This document shows positions 51,801 to 60,546 of a stretch of DNA of 64,000 nucleotides, piece after piece; positions within the stretch are counted from its first letter, which is position 1, and each line of letters starts with the position of its first letter. Made by a program: the position numbers and the translations under genes. The DNA comes from Octopus sinensis (lineage: Eukaryota): the NCBI RefSeq assembly GCF_006345805.1, contig NC_043000.1, positions 64,728,001-64,792,000 of the forward strand, read 5' to 3'. The notes under the pieces are model-generated. The model searched no databases. It saw only the letters and a program-made list of their open reading frames with translations, and had not been told where the DNA came from.

Positions 51801-51945
51801 CCGGTGAAGTAAACGTGAACAGAAATAATCAGACGCAAAATAGCAATACAATACATGACTCAACCTGAAGTAAAGTGGTGTTGAAGTTTGTCTTAATATT
51901 TTGTCTTCTTCCATTTGGACACAGTATTTGAATATTAAACGCCAT
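2316..51945 (-). CDS. ASPSCR1: Tether containing UBX domain for GLUT4 (TUG/ASPL/UBXD9), multi-exon gene, about 660 aa
   Basis: Exons 51865-51945, 46233-46291, 43594-43809, 43117-43201, 41738-41811, 40735-41047, 39002-39030, 38023-38359, 37098-37126, 34561-34585, 32259-32325, 31181-31253, 26900-27048, 23942-24004, 22291-22343, 20037-20088, 10189-10267, 2443-2624 (+ tentative 2316-2338) join in one frame with matching phases. Motifs matching human TUG: LCPNGRRQ, NLTNNAKLE, LQLSDGTRLQ, LGLTGG, DLPDEFFEV, RIHFPDRMVLQGTF (UBX), ISPPK, VPKWFKL. Confidence 0.93.
2443..2624 (-). CDS. ASPSCR1: TUG exon 18 (NNKKETASY...TPKPSGS x3...FVPKWFKL)
   Basis: tattctttgtag acceptor, GTAAGT donor, 182 nt, phase 2->1; VPKWFKL matches human VPKWLKL C-terminal motif. 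Confidence 0.92.
3580..3807. mobile_element. hAT-type MITE
   Basis: TIR cagtggttcttaac / gttaagaaattctg; 8-bp TSD gtcttagg / gtctaagg. Confidence 0.75.
4419..4639. mobile_element. piggyBac-type MITE (related copies at 8140-8262, 11602-11911, about 30946-31110)
   Basis: TTAA|CCCTTTAACATT...AATGCTTAAAGGG|TTAA; shared internal sequence among copies. Confidence 0.8.
5785..5818. repeat. (AG)n microsatellite
   Basis: Direct reading. Confidence 0.95.
7795..8444. repeat. Inverted repeat, arms of about 135-140 bp (7795-7929 / 8305-8444)
   Basis: Inner core ccaactggacaatatc(g/a)agttgaactaccataccatacttatagtcaaacct nearly perfect; outer parts diverged. Confidence 0.85.
8551..8985 (+). mobile_element. 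Two tandem copies of a tRNA-derived SINE (family also near 22870, 41476, 42300-42600, 51390, 55070, 61070, 63465)
   Basis: Shared ggcagaat(t/c)gttagc...ttctgagttcaaat...ctttgcctttcatcc...ataagtaccagttgag consensus. Confidence 0.75.
10189..10267 (-). CDS. ASPSCR1: TUG exon 17 (A-PFLKADLSAHITCKKNIDISFPYSE-K)
   Basis: Very long polypyrimidine tract ending ttttttatttgcag, GTAAGT donor, 79 nt; phase 1->2 is what is required; sequence similarity to human is weak. Confidence 0.78.
11628..11719 (-). mobile_element. 92-bp 3' tip of an RTE-type LINE with (GA)n tail, inserted in a piggyBac MITE
   Basis: 10-bp TSD aaccagccat (11618-11627, 11720-11729); minus strand reads QDRTDWRTLTQRVTESRLRLSG*. Confidence 0.7.
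12236..13128. mobile_element. hAT-type MITE carrying a nested insertion
   Basis: 15-bp perfect TIR cagtgtttctcaacc / ggttgagaaacactg; TSD ctacagac / ctatagac. Confidence 0.85.
12429..12984. mobile_element. Long-TIR MITE (possibly Merlin-like), nested in the hAT MITE
   Basis: Arms about 12429-12600 and 12843-12984 are inverted repeats starting GGATCTAG; perfect 8-bp TSD ggatgatg at 12421-12428 and 12985-12992. Confidence 0.8.
13923..14206. mobile_element. Degenerate hAT-type MITE
   Basis: cagtggttctcaacc left end, decayed right end; TSD only partly preserved. Confidence 0.5.
16124..16290 (+). mobile_element. tRNA-derived SINE, second family (copies near 150-240, 16670, 17540, 18070, 19820, 45170, 57720, 59215, 63800)
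   Basis: A/B-box-like head tggctgcgtggtaag...ggttcagtccca, core gggcaagtgtcttctactatagcc...ggatttggtagacggaaactg. Confidence 0.75.
17925..18070. repeat. Compound (AC)/(AT) microsatellite
   Basis: Direct reading. Confidence 0.95.
20037..20088 (-). CDS. ASPSCR1: TUG exon 16 (AKLVPASNVFFSSTCNK)
   Basis: tttccttacattacag acceptor, weak GTGCGC donor, 52 nt, phase 0->1; matches human ANLFPAALVHLG. Confidence 0.88.
20241..21504 (+). mobile_element. Mariner (DD34D) transposon, full length, pseudogenised transposase
   Basis: TIRs tctggtcatcccatgagttctgtccga / tcggacagaacttatgggatgacctga, TA TSDs; ATG 20415; VTGD(G)KW, FHQDN.RPH, YSPDLAPSDYHLF; frameshifts. Confidence 0.95.
22291..22343 (-). CDS. 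ASPSCR1: TUG exon 15 (Y-ISPPKKTLKNMSESLIS)
   Basis: ttttattgacag acceptor, GTAAGT donor, 53 nt, phase 1->0; matches human ITPPKTVLDDHTQTLFQ. Confidence 0.92.
23942..24004 (-). CDS. ASPSCR1: TUG exon 14 (V-AALHQFVRDNLEDSNTVFHL-Y)
   Basis: taatgttacag acceptor, GTAAGT donor, 63 nt, phase 1->1; matches human VGDLRDFVRSHLGNPELSFYLF. Confidence 0.92.
24818..25298 (+). mobile_element. Helentron-associated (HINE/DINE-1-like) element
   Basis: 5' hairpin tacctctgtcttaatgaaggcagaggta, (GTTT)n tract, core gatatctcaagaaccactggatgaatttggatgaaactt. Confidence 0.6.
25299..25677 (+). mobile_element. Second HINE/Helitron-like element with an internal duplication of about 100 bp
   Basis: Starts actagcagtatcgcccggcgttgctcggg; ends agacagacacacaacttcacttttatatataaagat; CpGs intact. 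Confidence 0.65.
25930..26720. mobile_element. Third Helentron-like non-autonomous element with internal direct repeat
   Basis: Terminal hairpin aggcagataaaatctgcct followed by ttataataagagat; blocks 26176-26285 and 26540-26655 are diverged direct repeats. Confidence 0.45.
26900..27048 (-). CDS. ASPSCR1: TUG exon 13, UBX domain N-part (QELENVPLMTK...RIHFPDRMVLQGTFHPKEE)
   Basis: tgaacag acceptor, GTATGT donor, 149 nt, phase 2->1; R..FPDR UBX signature. Confidence 0.95.
27487..28775 (+). mobile_element. Mariner, irritans-like lineage, full length, defective
   Basis: TIRs (t/c)gaggggcgttcaataagtaatgcc, TA TSDs; ITQDETWVHHYDP, AGKVMLTVFWD, LLQDNAP, YSPDL; start codon ATG>ACG and frameshifts. 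Confidence 0.95.
28780..30370 (+). mobile_element. Old degenerate CR1/L2-type LINE remnant
   Basis: Decayed LDI(C)K(T)F..V.H near 29435 and LYK...PIMEYC.HI near 29980; many stops. Confidence 0.6.
31181..31253 (-). CDS. ASPSCR1: TUG exon 12 (D-LPDEFFEVTKADVMTMMHDLQKR-F)
   Basis: ctttctgtattatag acceptor, GTGAGT donor, 73 nt, phase 1->2; matches human ELPDEFFELTVDDV. Confidence 0.95.
32259..32325 (-). CDS. ASPSCR1: TUG exon 11 (IPERNTLIFYQGEKENEQTTYE-D)
   Basis: ctcatttttacttatag acceptor, GTAAGT donor, 67 nt, phase 0->1; corresponds to human DREPVVCH region. Confidence 0.88.
32430..34085 (+). mobile_element. RTE-clade LINE fragment (RT domain), disrupted
   Basis: ORFs 32708-33352 and 33371-33652 with YRGIKLL, QFGF, AFVDLAKAFDRVP, GVHQGSDLSPLLF, LYADD; in-frame stops. 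Confidence 0.92.
34085..34290 (+). repeat. Diverged ~24-bp minisatellite, about 8 units
   Basis: gg(t/c)gcttttacatg-like unit recurring at 34106, 34130, 34154, 34177, 34201, 34225. Confidence 0.75.
34561..34585 (-). CDS. ASPSCR1: TUG exon 10 (25-nt microexon, S-DKESDDFQ)
   Basis: ttttttattgtttttag acceptor, CAG|GTAAGT donor; phase 2->0 is what is needed to join exon 9 to exon 11. Confidence 0.75.
36740..36825. repeat. (AC)n(AT)n microsatellite
   Basis: Direct reading. Confidence 0.95.
37098..37126 (-). CDS. ASPSCR1: TUG exon 9 (module copy B, 29-nt exon LRDRNSSQE-S)
   Basis: tgtcttctttcag acceptor, GTAAGT donor, phase 0->2. Confidence 0.82.
38023..38359 (-). CDS. ASPSCR1: TUG exon 8 (module copy B, large exon; LVHGETEG...QQQQQQQK)
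   Basis: tatttcctgtgtag acceptor, AAA|GTAATT donor, 337 nt, phase 2->0; paralog of exon 6. Confidence 0.83.
39002..39030 (-). CDS. ASPSCR1: TUG exon 7 (module copy A, 29-nt exon LQERNFANE-R)
   Basis: tgtgtcttccag acceptor, GTTAGT donor, phase 0->2 bridges exon 6 to exon 8; paralog of 37098-37126. Confidence 0.8.
40735..41047 (-). CDS. ASPSCR1: TUG exon 6 (module copy A, large exon; LVHRQVDD...KQQQQRK)
   Basis: ttttttttctgtctag acceptor, AAA|GTATGT donor, 313 nt, phase 2->0, open frame. Confidence 0.88.
41738..41811 (-). CDS. ASPSCR1: TUG exon 5 (IIGEIALKTTPLRKLGLTGGKAVI-R), end of UBL2
   Basis: ttcttactgtttag acceptor, GTAATT donor, 74 nt, phase 0->2; matches human VTGEAALRGTTLQSLGLTGGSATIR. 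Confidence 0.93.
42131..42272. repeat. Inverted repeat in a Penelope-like terminal repeat
   Basis: atttcgaacctgggttctcattcctaaggtat / ataccttaggaatgggaacccaggttcgaaat; upstream acgtttcggc...cttcatcagg motif. Confidence 0.65.
42640..43095 (+). mobile_element. 3' fragment of a Tx1/L1-like LINE with AATAAA and (ATT)n tail
   Basis: ORF 42651-42842 (ALINFFRFHLKKE...) resembles Tx1-type C-termini, followed by UTR, aataaa and an attatt tail. Confidence 0.5.
43117..43201 (-). CDS. ASPSCR1: TUG exon 4 (SLQPLL...HPICIYMREE)
   Basis: tttcacctacag acceptor, GTTAGT donor, 85 nt, phase 2->0; PICIYMREE matches human PVCVYTRDE. Confidence 0.92.
43594..43809 (-). CDS. ASPSCR1: TUG exon 3 (HGRTVLDLTLSIRYLNLTNNAKLE...QHWQKEAD)
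   Basis: ttttcag acceptor, GTGAGT donor, 216 nt, phase 2->2; overlaps provided ORF 43590-43781. Confidence 0.95.
46233..46291 (-). CDS. ASPSCR1: TUG exon 2 (ILEDCCKKQGFLPPEDYSL-M)
   Basis: tttttttctatttaaag acceptor, GTAAGT donor, 59 nt, phase 0->2; matches human VLEDTCRRQDFNPCEYDLK. Confidence 0.92.
46335..48400 (-). mobile_element. RTE-clade LINE, 5'-truncated, degenerate
   Basis: DEMQFGFV, AFDRVP, LIAESLPELEKKFQVWK, LHWHGHVMRMDEDSC; (ATG)n tail at 46335; same family as 914-2230 and 32430-34085. Confidence 0.9.
49023..49229. mobile_element. Small MITE (possibly PIF/Harbinger-like)
   Basis: TIRs of about 33 bp: ggcgatcttacggtacaagtaccataactgccaa / ttggcagctatggtacttgtaccgaaagatgcc, plus inner tttgtttacatt / aatgtaaacaaa. 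Confidence 0.7.
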
Positions 51946-52500
51946 ATTGGCAATCGAAACGGTGTCACCACTGTAAGTTCTCCTTCAATTATATGTCACG
52001 GAGGATAACACTGATACGCTGGGTAATGTTTATATATAACGGCATAATATCAAAAATAAAATAACTTCATCTCTCTCTCTCTCTCCCCAGTATTGCTCTC
52101 TCAAACAACCTTGATAACTACCAAGATATAGCTGCAGCAACTTTTTACGTTTTTTTTCCTTTTACTACTTGCTGGGCATTTGTCATTTGCTCATTTCTTT
52201 GGTCTTTCTCTCACATACCTCAGCCAATCCATAAAGAAGCAGTTTCTGTTTCTCTCTCTTCCACAAATCACTGATTCGCTATCTATCTGTCTGTCTGTCT
52301 ACTAAAATTGTGTTATTGTTTGCTTGAGATCATGTCTGTAATTTAATACAGCCAAATCAGCACATAATGGGAAAATATTCTGAAAGTAAAGTAGTCCTGA
52401 AATGCGAATACAAACGGAATAAAACAAATTTCACGTAAATCGGACCACAAAGTGCTGAGATACGCGGGCTTTGGGGGTTTGTTTCCACAAATTTAAGCAG
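50520..52500. promoter_or_regulatory. CpG-enriched promoter / 5' region of TUG
   Basis: By eye, CG dinucleotides are much more frequent around exon 1 than in the CpG-depleted gene body; not counted. Confidence 0.45.
51865..51945 (-). CDS. ASPSCR1: TUG exon 1 (MAFNIQILCPNGRRQNIKTNFNTTLLQ), UBL1 start
   Basis: ATG at 51945; 81 nt; CAG|GTTGAG donor; matches human SVLAPNGRRHTVKVTPSTVLLQ, which I recall also ending at an exon boundary. Confidence 0.92.
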
Positions 52501-53529
52501 TAAAACCTGGAGTTATTGCCCTTCCTGTGAACACCTGGATAGTTTTGTTGGCATAAATACAGATGTGTACCCCACTAATTTTGTGACCTCATGACTTTCA
52601 AAAAATTGATACATTTTAACAAAATTTTCAACAAAGAGCGCTTAGATGCTGTGGATTCAGAACATATAGGGGTTTATGAGAAAGAATTTTTCCGAAAGGA
52701 TGGTGAGAGGAGTTTTGGAAAATTCACATGGTCCAACTTTTCCCCCTCATAACTTTCAGAAAAACGAATTTCTTTAAATGACATTCTATACAAATACCTT
52801 TCAAACAGCATAGATAACGATTATAAAGAAATTTGTGGAGAAATTTTTTCTGATTGGGTGGGAAGAGGAGTTTTGAGAAAATGGATCACGGTTAATAATG
52901 TTCTTCTTAAATTCAATACCAACCAAGTAAAACATCATGGCTCTAGTTAGAAACCCATGACATAACATCTATAGTAGAAACAACAGACACTGTCATCTCA
53001 TCTTCTGGTCTCAAATAATTCTCTAAGTTCCCCATACTTTTTGCCGATCCTTTTATGTATCCATTCTATATTGCTTTTATAAGGCACCATCAACTCAACA
53101 ATCAAGCTTTATTTTGTCAAGTCATGTAATGTCATAACGTTAAAGCATTACTTTGATATTACAATATGGTATATGAATACAAATGCTCCTTTCACACACA
53201 TCCTACAAAACTCTGGGCATTGGTTTTCTTATATGTATGTTCCTGCTTTGTCCTTTTTGCCCCCTGTCTTGTGGAAAACAAAAGTATGTGACAAGGTGTT
53301 TTACTACATTGGTAATGATGCTCAGGATGTGGTAATACCATCAGGCATAACATGCAAAGATGATTTTTATGATGCCATGTATTATGTGGTCTGCTTCTCA
53401 AAAAAAAAGAAGAAAAAGGAAAAACTCATTGCCTGTGCCTGCTATACATAGTCATTTGATGTGCTAGAAGTCAGATATTTCTCAAATCACATTTTACCAT
53501 CTTAAAAAGGAAGGAGATATTAGATAATG

Positions 53530-53670
53530 CACCAGCATAGCTAGAGTTTGTCCCCAGGCCCCTACAAAATATACATATTGCCTATAGCAGACCCAAAAGT
53601 GATGCTGCTCTCATAAAAGTGCTGCTTGGGGTGGACAACTCCTTTGCAACCACCTCTAGCTATGCTAGTG
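53530..53670. mobile_element. Small MITE
   Basis: TIR caccagcatagctagag / ctctagctatgctagtg (16/17); no clear TSD. Confidence 0.5.
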
Positions 53671-55211
53671 AGACGATAGAGGTGATTGTCACAATTTGAA
53701 TGTGTTTCATCATGTGTTTGCTCAATCAGATTTGACCAGGGGCTAAAGAACAACAATAGAAGCAGGATGGGAATTCCAGGAGACTGAAATTGCATTATGG
53801 CGAAGAATGATTGCGAAAATTTTTAGTGCAGTGTTTGGGGCTGAAAAAAGGAAGAGATGAGTATATGAAATAGGTTGGGAGCAGGTGGTGTGCAACATGC
53901 TAACTCAGAAGAATAGAAGCAATTGTAGTATAAGGGGAGAAAGGAGAGCAGTGTAATTGTGAGATTGTGATATTGGTAAGCTACTAAAGCTTACACATTG
54001 AGTTTAGATTCCCTTTCGGAATTTTGTTATATCTCTGATGAGAAAACATTATTCTATGTTATTTATTCAATCTATGTTGAGGATAAGTAGCAAATCTACT
54101 GAGAATATTACCAACAACAGATTGACACTCTATCAAAGGCAGATTATGTCATCTGCTTAGTTTCTTCATAAATGAAATGGAAGTAATAAGATCTTAAGTC
54201 TCCTTGTGTTTATGTCATAGAGATTTTAACATGGTTCAACAACACAACTGCACAATAAATGGACTTATTCAGAATATTAAAGAAAATAAGCCTTTCTTGC
54301 ATATACTTGCCAAGTTTTACCATGTAAAAAGCATACAGTACACTCTGAAATGTGGTTTGCATTAAGAAGGGCAGCCAGCCATAGAAACTATGCAAAAGCA
54401 GTAGAGCTGGGGCAGTTTTCTGTTTCATCATCTCCTGTCAAACCATGCAGCCCATGCCAGCATAGAAAACAGATGTTGAATGGTGATGATAATGCATGAT
54501 CAAAAGCAAGACGACAATGCTGTATATCATGTTGCTTTTGACAACTGTACAACATAATGATGTTGAATTGAAAAAGAGATGGCTGTGGCTAATGAAAGCT
54601 ACAGAACAGTGCAAAGAAAAAAATTACCATTTTTATATTATGTAGGCATGAACCTGAGGATTATAAAGCTAACAGGGATGGCTATTGAATGAGTGTTTCT
54701 CTTAGATATTGTCCAATGTAAATTTCTTCCATAAACAGAGATATAAAGTGAGAAATATATAAAATTGGAAAGACACACACACACACAAAAGCTTTTAAAG
54801 TAACAATGTCATCACAAATATATTTGTATCTTAAATGTCTAGAAATATGACCATTATTAGAATCATACCATTATATCCATTTTATAATAGTATATTTCTG
54901 TGCTTGATTGGTATTCAAGTTGTGAGTGCTCCATCTTTTTATCATATGTGTGTTAAGTGCAGGATTAGTTTAACCAATATATCAATCCATTTTGTAGACT
55001 GTAGAGTAAAATATTAAAGAGATTTGGGTACTAATTGTAGCATATACAATGGTTTCAAATTACATTGCCCCGGTAATCTTTTTATCGGCTCCGTTAGGAT
55101 GAAAGGCAACGTCGAGCTCGGCGGAATTTGAACTCAGAACGTGAATACGGGCGAAATATCGCTAACTATTTCGTCCAGCGTGCTAACCATTCTGCCTAAT
55201 TGTAGTATATA

Positions 55212-56481
55212 CGAGGGGCGTTCAATAAGTAATGCCCCTGACCCACTTGCAGTTGTTTGATCTAGCTGAAATTTTGCATATGCACTTATTTATACCTCTA
55301 TAGATTAAGTGGCGAATTACAGCTCTGAACTAATTGTGGTTTCTGATTTACAGGTGTTTGAACTGAGTCAAGTGTGAAATGGAGCGTGTTGAGTGTCGAG
55401 CAGTGATCTGGTTTTTGTATTTGAAAGGACGCACACCATGGAAGACTTTTGATGAAATGAAAGTAACTTACGGTGATGATGCCCCATCATATGACCTTGT
55501 AAAACGCTGGCATTGTGAATTCAAACATAGTCGGAACTCTGTGGAAACAGCTCCCAGATCTGGTCGCCCCCTTCTGCCGTTGATGAGACGTCTGTCCGTC
55601 AAGTTGAGGCTGCCATTTTGGAAGGTCAACGCATAACTATTCGCCAAATAGCCCATAAGGTCAAGATTAGTACCGGGTTTGTGGAAACTATCACTCATGA
55701 CCATTTGCATAGGCAAAAGGTGTCTGCCAGATGGATTTCCAGGTTGCTCACACCTTTCCAGAAGCAAGAACGTGTCGAGTGCACGAGGATGAATTTGGAG
55801 ATGTGCCAAGAAGATGAGTCAAAATTTTTCAAAAGACTGATCACACAAGATAAAACCTGGGTCCATCACTATGATCCATAGACCAAAGCCCAGTCAATGC
55901 AGTGAAAGCACCGTGACTCACCTCCTCCAAAGAAGGCAAGGGTGCAGCCCTCCGCTGACAAGGTTATGCTCACAGTCTTCTGGGACCAGGACGGAGTAGT
56001 GATGACAGATTTCCTGGCAAGGGTACCACAATTACAGGAGCCTATTATGCTTCACTTTTGAGGAAATTAAGAGAAGCTATCAAAATCAAGAGGCGGGGCA
56101 AGATCAGCAAAGGCATCCTCCTCCTGCAGGACAACGCTCCGGTCCACAACTCGCGTGTCGCCAGATCAGAAGCACAGGCGTGCAGCTATGAACCCTCCCC
56201 CCTTGCACCCTCTGATTTTCACCTCTTCCCAGCCATGAAGTTGATTTTGAAAGGAAAGCGTTTCCCAGATGATGCAGCCTTGATTTCTGAAGTCACGTCG
56301 TGGTTGGAGGACCAAGCTGGGGTCTTCTACAAAAACGGTCTCCAGAGCTGTATCAAACGATGGGAGAAATGAATAACTCTGGGTAGTTCCTATGTAGGAA
56401 AAGACTAATAACTGTGCCAAGTTTCGTTGCTCTACTGCTATGGGAAGTGGGTCAGGGGCATTACTTATTGAACGCCCCTCG
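55212..56481 (+). mobile_element. Second copy of the same irritans-like mariner, defective
   Basis: Perfect TIRs cgaggggcgttcaataagtaatgcccctgacccactt, TA TSDs; small deletion removes YSPDL; stops and frameshifts. Confidence 0.95.
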
Positions 56482-57719
56482 TAGAATAACCAGTCAAAGG
56501 TATCTGTATTAAATTGTTACCTATTTAAAACAAGGGACGCAACTCTAACTTTTAAATGAATTTAAATAATATGTATTTGTAAAAATATTTACGTTCTCTT
56601 CACAACTCATGTAGGGGTGTTATTGTTGCAGAACTGCAAATATTTAATTAAAATGTGGATATTATCCTTGTGTAGTTGGGTATTGTTGTAAAATCAACCA
56701 TTTCCAGCGTTTTTTGGTGTTTTTTTTTCAAAATGACATTTCTATTAGTAGCAATATTTAGGTCACAATATCTCTGAGAATAATTGATGTAATGGGCTGA
56801 AATTTTATTTGTTCATCTTCCAGAGATACTTGAATGCTACTACGCAGGGGTCAAAAACTCTTGAACTGCTGCATATAGCTATGAGTGACCCCTGAACGAA
56901 ATCTAGGCCAACTTCATCAATGTCTTTGATTCGGCATCTAGTCTGTACCCCAGTCTGTTGGCATTTCAAATTAGAGCATATTATCTTTGATAGTTTGGTA
57001 GAAAAATTGACTTAAAATAAGGGTGTGCTTGTCTTGTTGGTCATTTTGAATTTATAATTAGGTTATGAATAGATGTGTAAATTTAATATTATATTTTTAG
57101 ATGGAGCCAACATTGTTCTTGATGTATGCCATATTTGGTTTGCCTAGGATTTATTCCCACTGAGTGAGAGTATCTTTAATTTAGGGGTGTTTTCCTACGT
57201 CTGAGGGGTTAGTCTTGCCTTAATGATTAAATTTGAAGAATGACAGGGGAGGTAATTCTCGAATTTAACAAAAGAATGCAATAGGGAAGTGAATCCAGTC
57301 TCCAACAGATCTCTCAAGTTTCAGTCCCATCTGCTTCCAAGTGACATCATAAAGAATTAGTGTCTGTACCTATTTATTCAAAAAACCCTATTTTTCTACC
57401 ATCTAACTCAGACAATAAATGGCGAGATGTATTTTTATATAATTTTCATCTTTACACATTACTTTTTTGTCAGTGGGAAAGCCTCTACATGGACACTAGA
57501 TCTGCTAGAAATAGCAACCTGCAAAAATGATTGGAAATTCAGAGCTGGAATACCTTTCACCATATATCTGCTTGAGCAGGAATGACTTGACGTTAAACAA
57601 CAACAGCAATGACAATAACAATTTCTCAAATTTAAAGTAACAACTGATTTTTCAATAAGAAAAGTACTGGATATAATTATCTCCTTAAATCAGTTCCATG
57701 TGTCATGTTATTATAGTAC

Positions 57720-58140
57720 AGGCATGGCTTTGAGGTAAGGAATTTGCTTCTCAACCACATGGATCCGAGTTCAGTTCCATTGTATGGCCCCTTAGGTAAG
57801 TGTCTCCTACTATAGCCCTGGGCCTACAAAAGACTTGTGAGGGATTTGGTAGGTGGAAACAGAAAGACGTCCTTTGTGTATGTGTGTGTGTGTGCGTGCG
57901 TGTAACTGTCTCTTTGCCTTCACATTGCGTCATAGTTGCAAACAAGTGCCACCGTCATGCAAGCAGTGTCCTTCATTTCCAATACTCCATGGAAACGTTT
58001 GGTCATGAAGAAATATTACCTTGCTTGGAAATAGGTTAGGGCAGGTGACAGGGAGGGCTGTAGAAAATGTTCCTCGACAAATTCCGCCCGAATCATGTGT
58101 GCATGGAAAAATGGCCGTTAAAATGATGATGATGATGATT
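57720..58140 (+). mobile_element. Full-length SINE with RTE-like (ATG)n tail
   Basis: tRNA-like head, (TG)n middle, 3' end ...ccgttaaaatgatgatgatgatgat similar to local RTE tails. Confidence 0.65.
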
Positions 58141-58515
58141 TCCTTGATATTCGAACTTATAAAAAAGTCTTACCACAGACAAACGGATTTAAACGTAAGG
58201 GAAACAACTCTTTCGGATTAACTAATTCGTTTCGATATAGTATTTAAATATCGGACACGAGTTTGTTCGTTTTCAGTTCATCACTGGTGAATAAAATTAG
58301 AAATTTGAGAATTTTATTTCTGTGAAAATTGTTTATAGAACAAAAATATTATCATCTTAATTTCCTTCATGCCGCTTCGTTACAACCGACATAATTGTTA
58401 CTGACACTTTTATTTCATAACAAATTATTTGGCATACCTACATAAGTGTGCCCCTGCCCCCATCGAATTTGTTTCCTCATAACTTTCAGAAAAACATTTG
58501 TCTTTTAATGAAATT

Positions 58516-59053
58516 TTCTACAAATACCTTTCAGATGGTGTAGATTCCAATTATAAATTATATCAAAATTTAATGTGAAAAAATCTGGTGAATGTGCGCA
58601 CATACAAACTGACACACATCACATATGTGTGCACCTTTCAATTTTCTTTCTTTACATTAAATTCCAATATAATTGTAACCTACACAATCTGAAAGGTAAT
58701 TGTAGAAAATATCATTAAAAAATACCTATTTTCAGAAAGTTATGAGGAAACAAAGTCAGCTTGTGTAAATTATTTGAAACTCTTCTTCACCGACCCATCC
58801 CCTGAAAATGTTTTACACAACAAATTCTGATATACTTCAGATTGTGTAGGTTACAATTATATTGGAATTTAATGTAAAGAAAGAAAATTGAAAGGTGCAC
58901 ACATATGTGATGTGTGTCAGTTTGTATGTGCACACATATGTGATGTGTGTCAGTTTGTATGTGCGCACATTCACCAGACTTGTTTGTTTTTCACATTAAA
59001 TTTTGATATAATTTATAATTGGAATCTACACCATCTGAAAGGTATTTGTAGAA
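58516..59053. repeat. Near-perfect long inverted repeat (58516-58693 / 58836-59053)
   Basis: Arms read as reverse complements; the right arm has a ~30-bp tandem duplication. Confidence 0.9.
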
Positions 59054-59425
59054 TATTTATTTTTAAGCCTACTACTTATTTTATTAGGTTCTTTTGCTGA
59101 ACTGCAAAGTTGCAGGGACAAACACACACCAATACCAGTTGTCAGTCAGGGAGGGGGGGGGGAGACAAACACAGACACTAAGACACATGCATGTAGATGT
59201 ATATATAAATATATGACAGGCTTCTTTCAGTTTCTGTACCAAATCCACTCACGAGGCTTTGGTCAGCTGGAGACTATATTAGAAGACACTTACCTAAGAT
59301 ACCATGTAGTAGGACTGAACCTGGAACCATGTGGTTGGGAAGCAAGCTTCTTACCATACAGTCACTTACACTTACTTAAATATTCTTCCAAACACATGTC
59401 ATCTAAGAATAATTGGCACACCAAC

Positions 59426-60546
59426 TCGGTAAACCACCGCCTACTACTTGTCAAGCTTCAAGCATATAGTTTCCATCCGGATATTGTACGATGGGTTGGT
59501 GCCTTCCTCTCAGATCGCTCCTTCCAAGTTCAAGTTAATGGTTCGCGGTCCGACGTCTCCAGTGCGAGCAGTGGCGTGCCTCAAGGTTCAGTGCTTGGGC
59601 CCTTGTTGTTCTTAGTCTTCATAAATGACTTGCCCGACGACCTCACGCAACACACCCTTCTATTTGCCGACGATATCAAACTGGTCGCTCCTCGCAGTAG
59701 TATAGAGGATCTTCGTCGATGCCTCCACCAAATTTGGAAGTGGTCTAACGATTGGGACCTGTGTCTGAACGTGTCAAAGTGCTGTCATCTGCCTGTCGGC
59801 TCTACTCCTGCAACTCAACTTGATTTCGAGCCGGGTCGTCTGCTGCTGGAGAGGACCGATAAGGTAAAGGACCTGGGTATCTTGGTGGATTCCTCCTTTT
59901 CACCTTCGGCCCAGTGTGTCCATGCTGCCAACAAAGCGCGCGGAATTCTGTTTTTGATTCGACGGTCATTCGGAATGCTCACAGCAGCCATATTCCTGCC
60001 ACTCTATGTCACGCTGGTGAGACCCATATTGGAGTATGGGATTCAAGCCTCTTCTCCTTATCTCCTCAAAGACATACAGCATCTCGAAAGAGTCCAGAGG
60101 CTGGCTACCCGCATGGTTCATGGTCTCAAAAATTTGTCCTACGAAGAAAGGCTGAGGACGCTCGACCTTTATTCTCTTGAAAAACGCCGCCGCCGTGGTG
60201 ATCTCATTCTCGCCCACAACATCATAAGCGGGAAGTGTAACCTCTCGAAAGAGCTGTTCTTCACTCCTGCTCCGGAGCGTCGGCTGCGGGGTCATTCCGA
60301 AAAGCTCTACCTGCGACGATTTCATCTCAATCGAAGGAGAGGAGCTTTCTCCGTCCGGGTTGCGGATCCATGGAACAAGCTGCCAGACGAGATGGTGAAG
60401 ATGCCGACGACCGCTTTGTTCAAAGCCTCCCTGGACCTCAAGTGGCCTGAACTCTTTACATGAACACCACCCTGTACTTAACTCCATGGCCCCTACATGG
60501 CCTTGCTATTTGCTTTTGAGCCAAATTAACTAACTAACTAACTAAC
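59426..60546 (+). mobile_element. Young 5'-truncated CR1-clade LINE, RT C-terminal half uninterrupted, (AACT)n tail
   Basis: Open frame SVNHRLLL...GVPQGSVLGPLLFLVFINDL...LFADDIK...RPILEY...LERVQRLATR to stop 60463; tail taactaactaac; visibly GC-richer than flanks. Confidence 0.93.

Noticed and set aside
56850-57400. Possible Penelope or other retroelement remnant
   Set aside because: Too decayed to assign by eye.
59914-60487. Alternative-frame and antisense ORFs (88 aa, 173 aa)
   Set aside because: Shadows of the GC-rich CR1 RT coding sequence.
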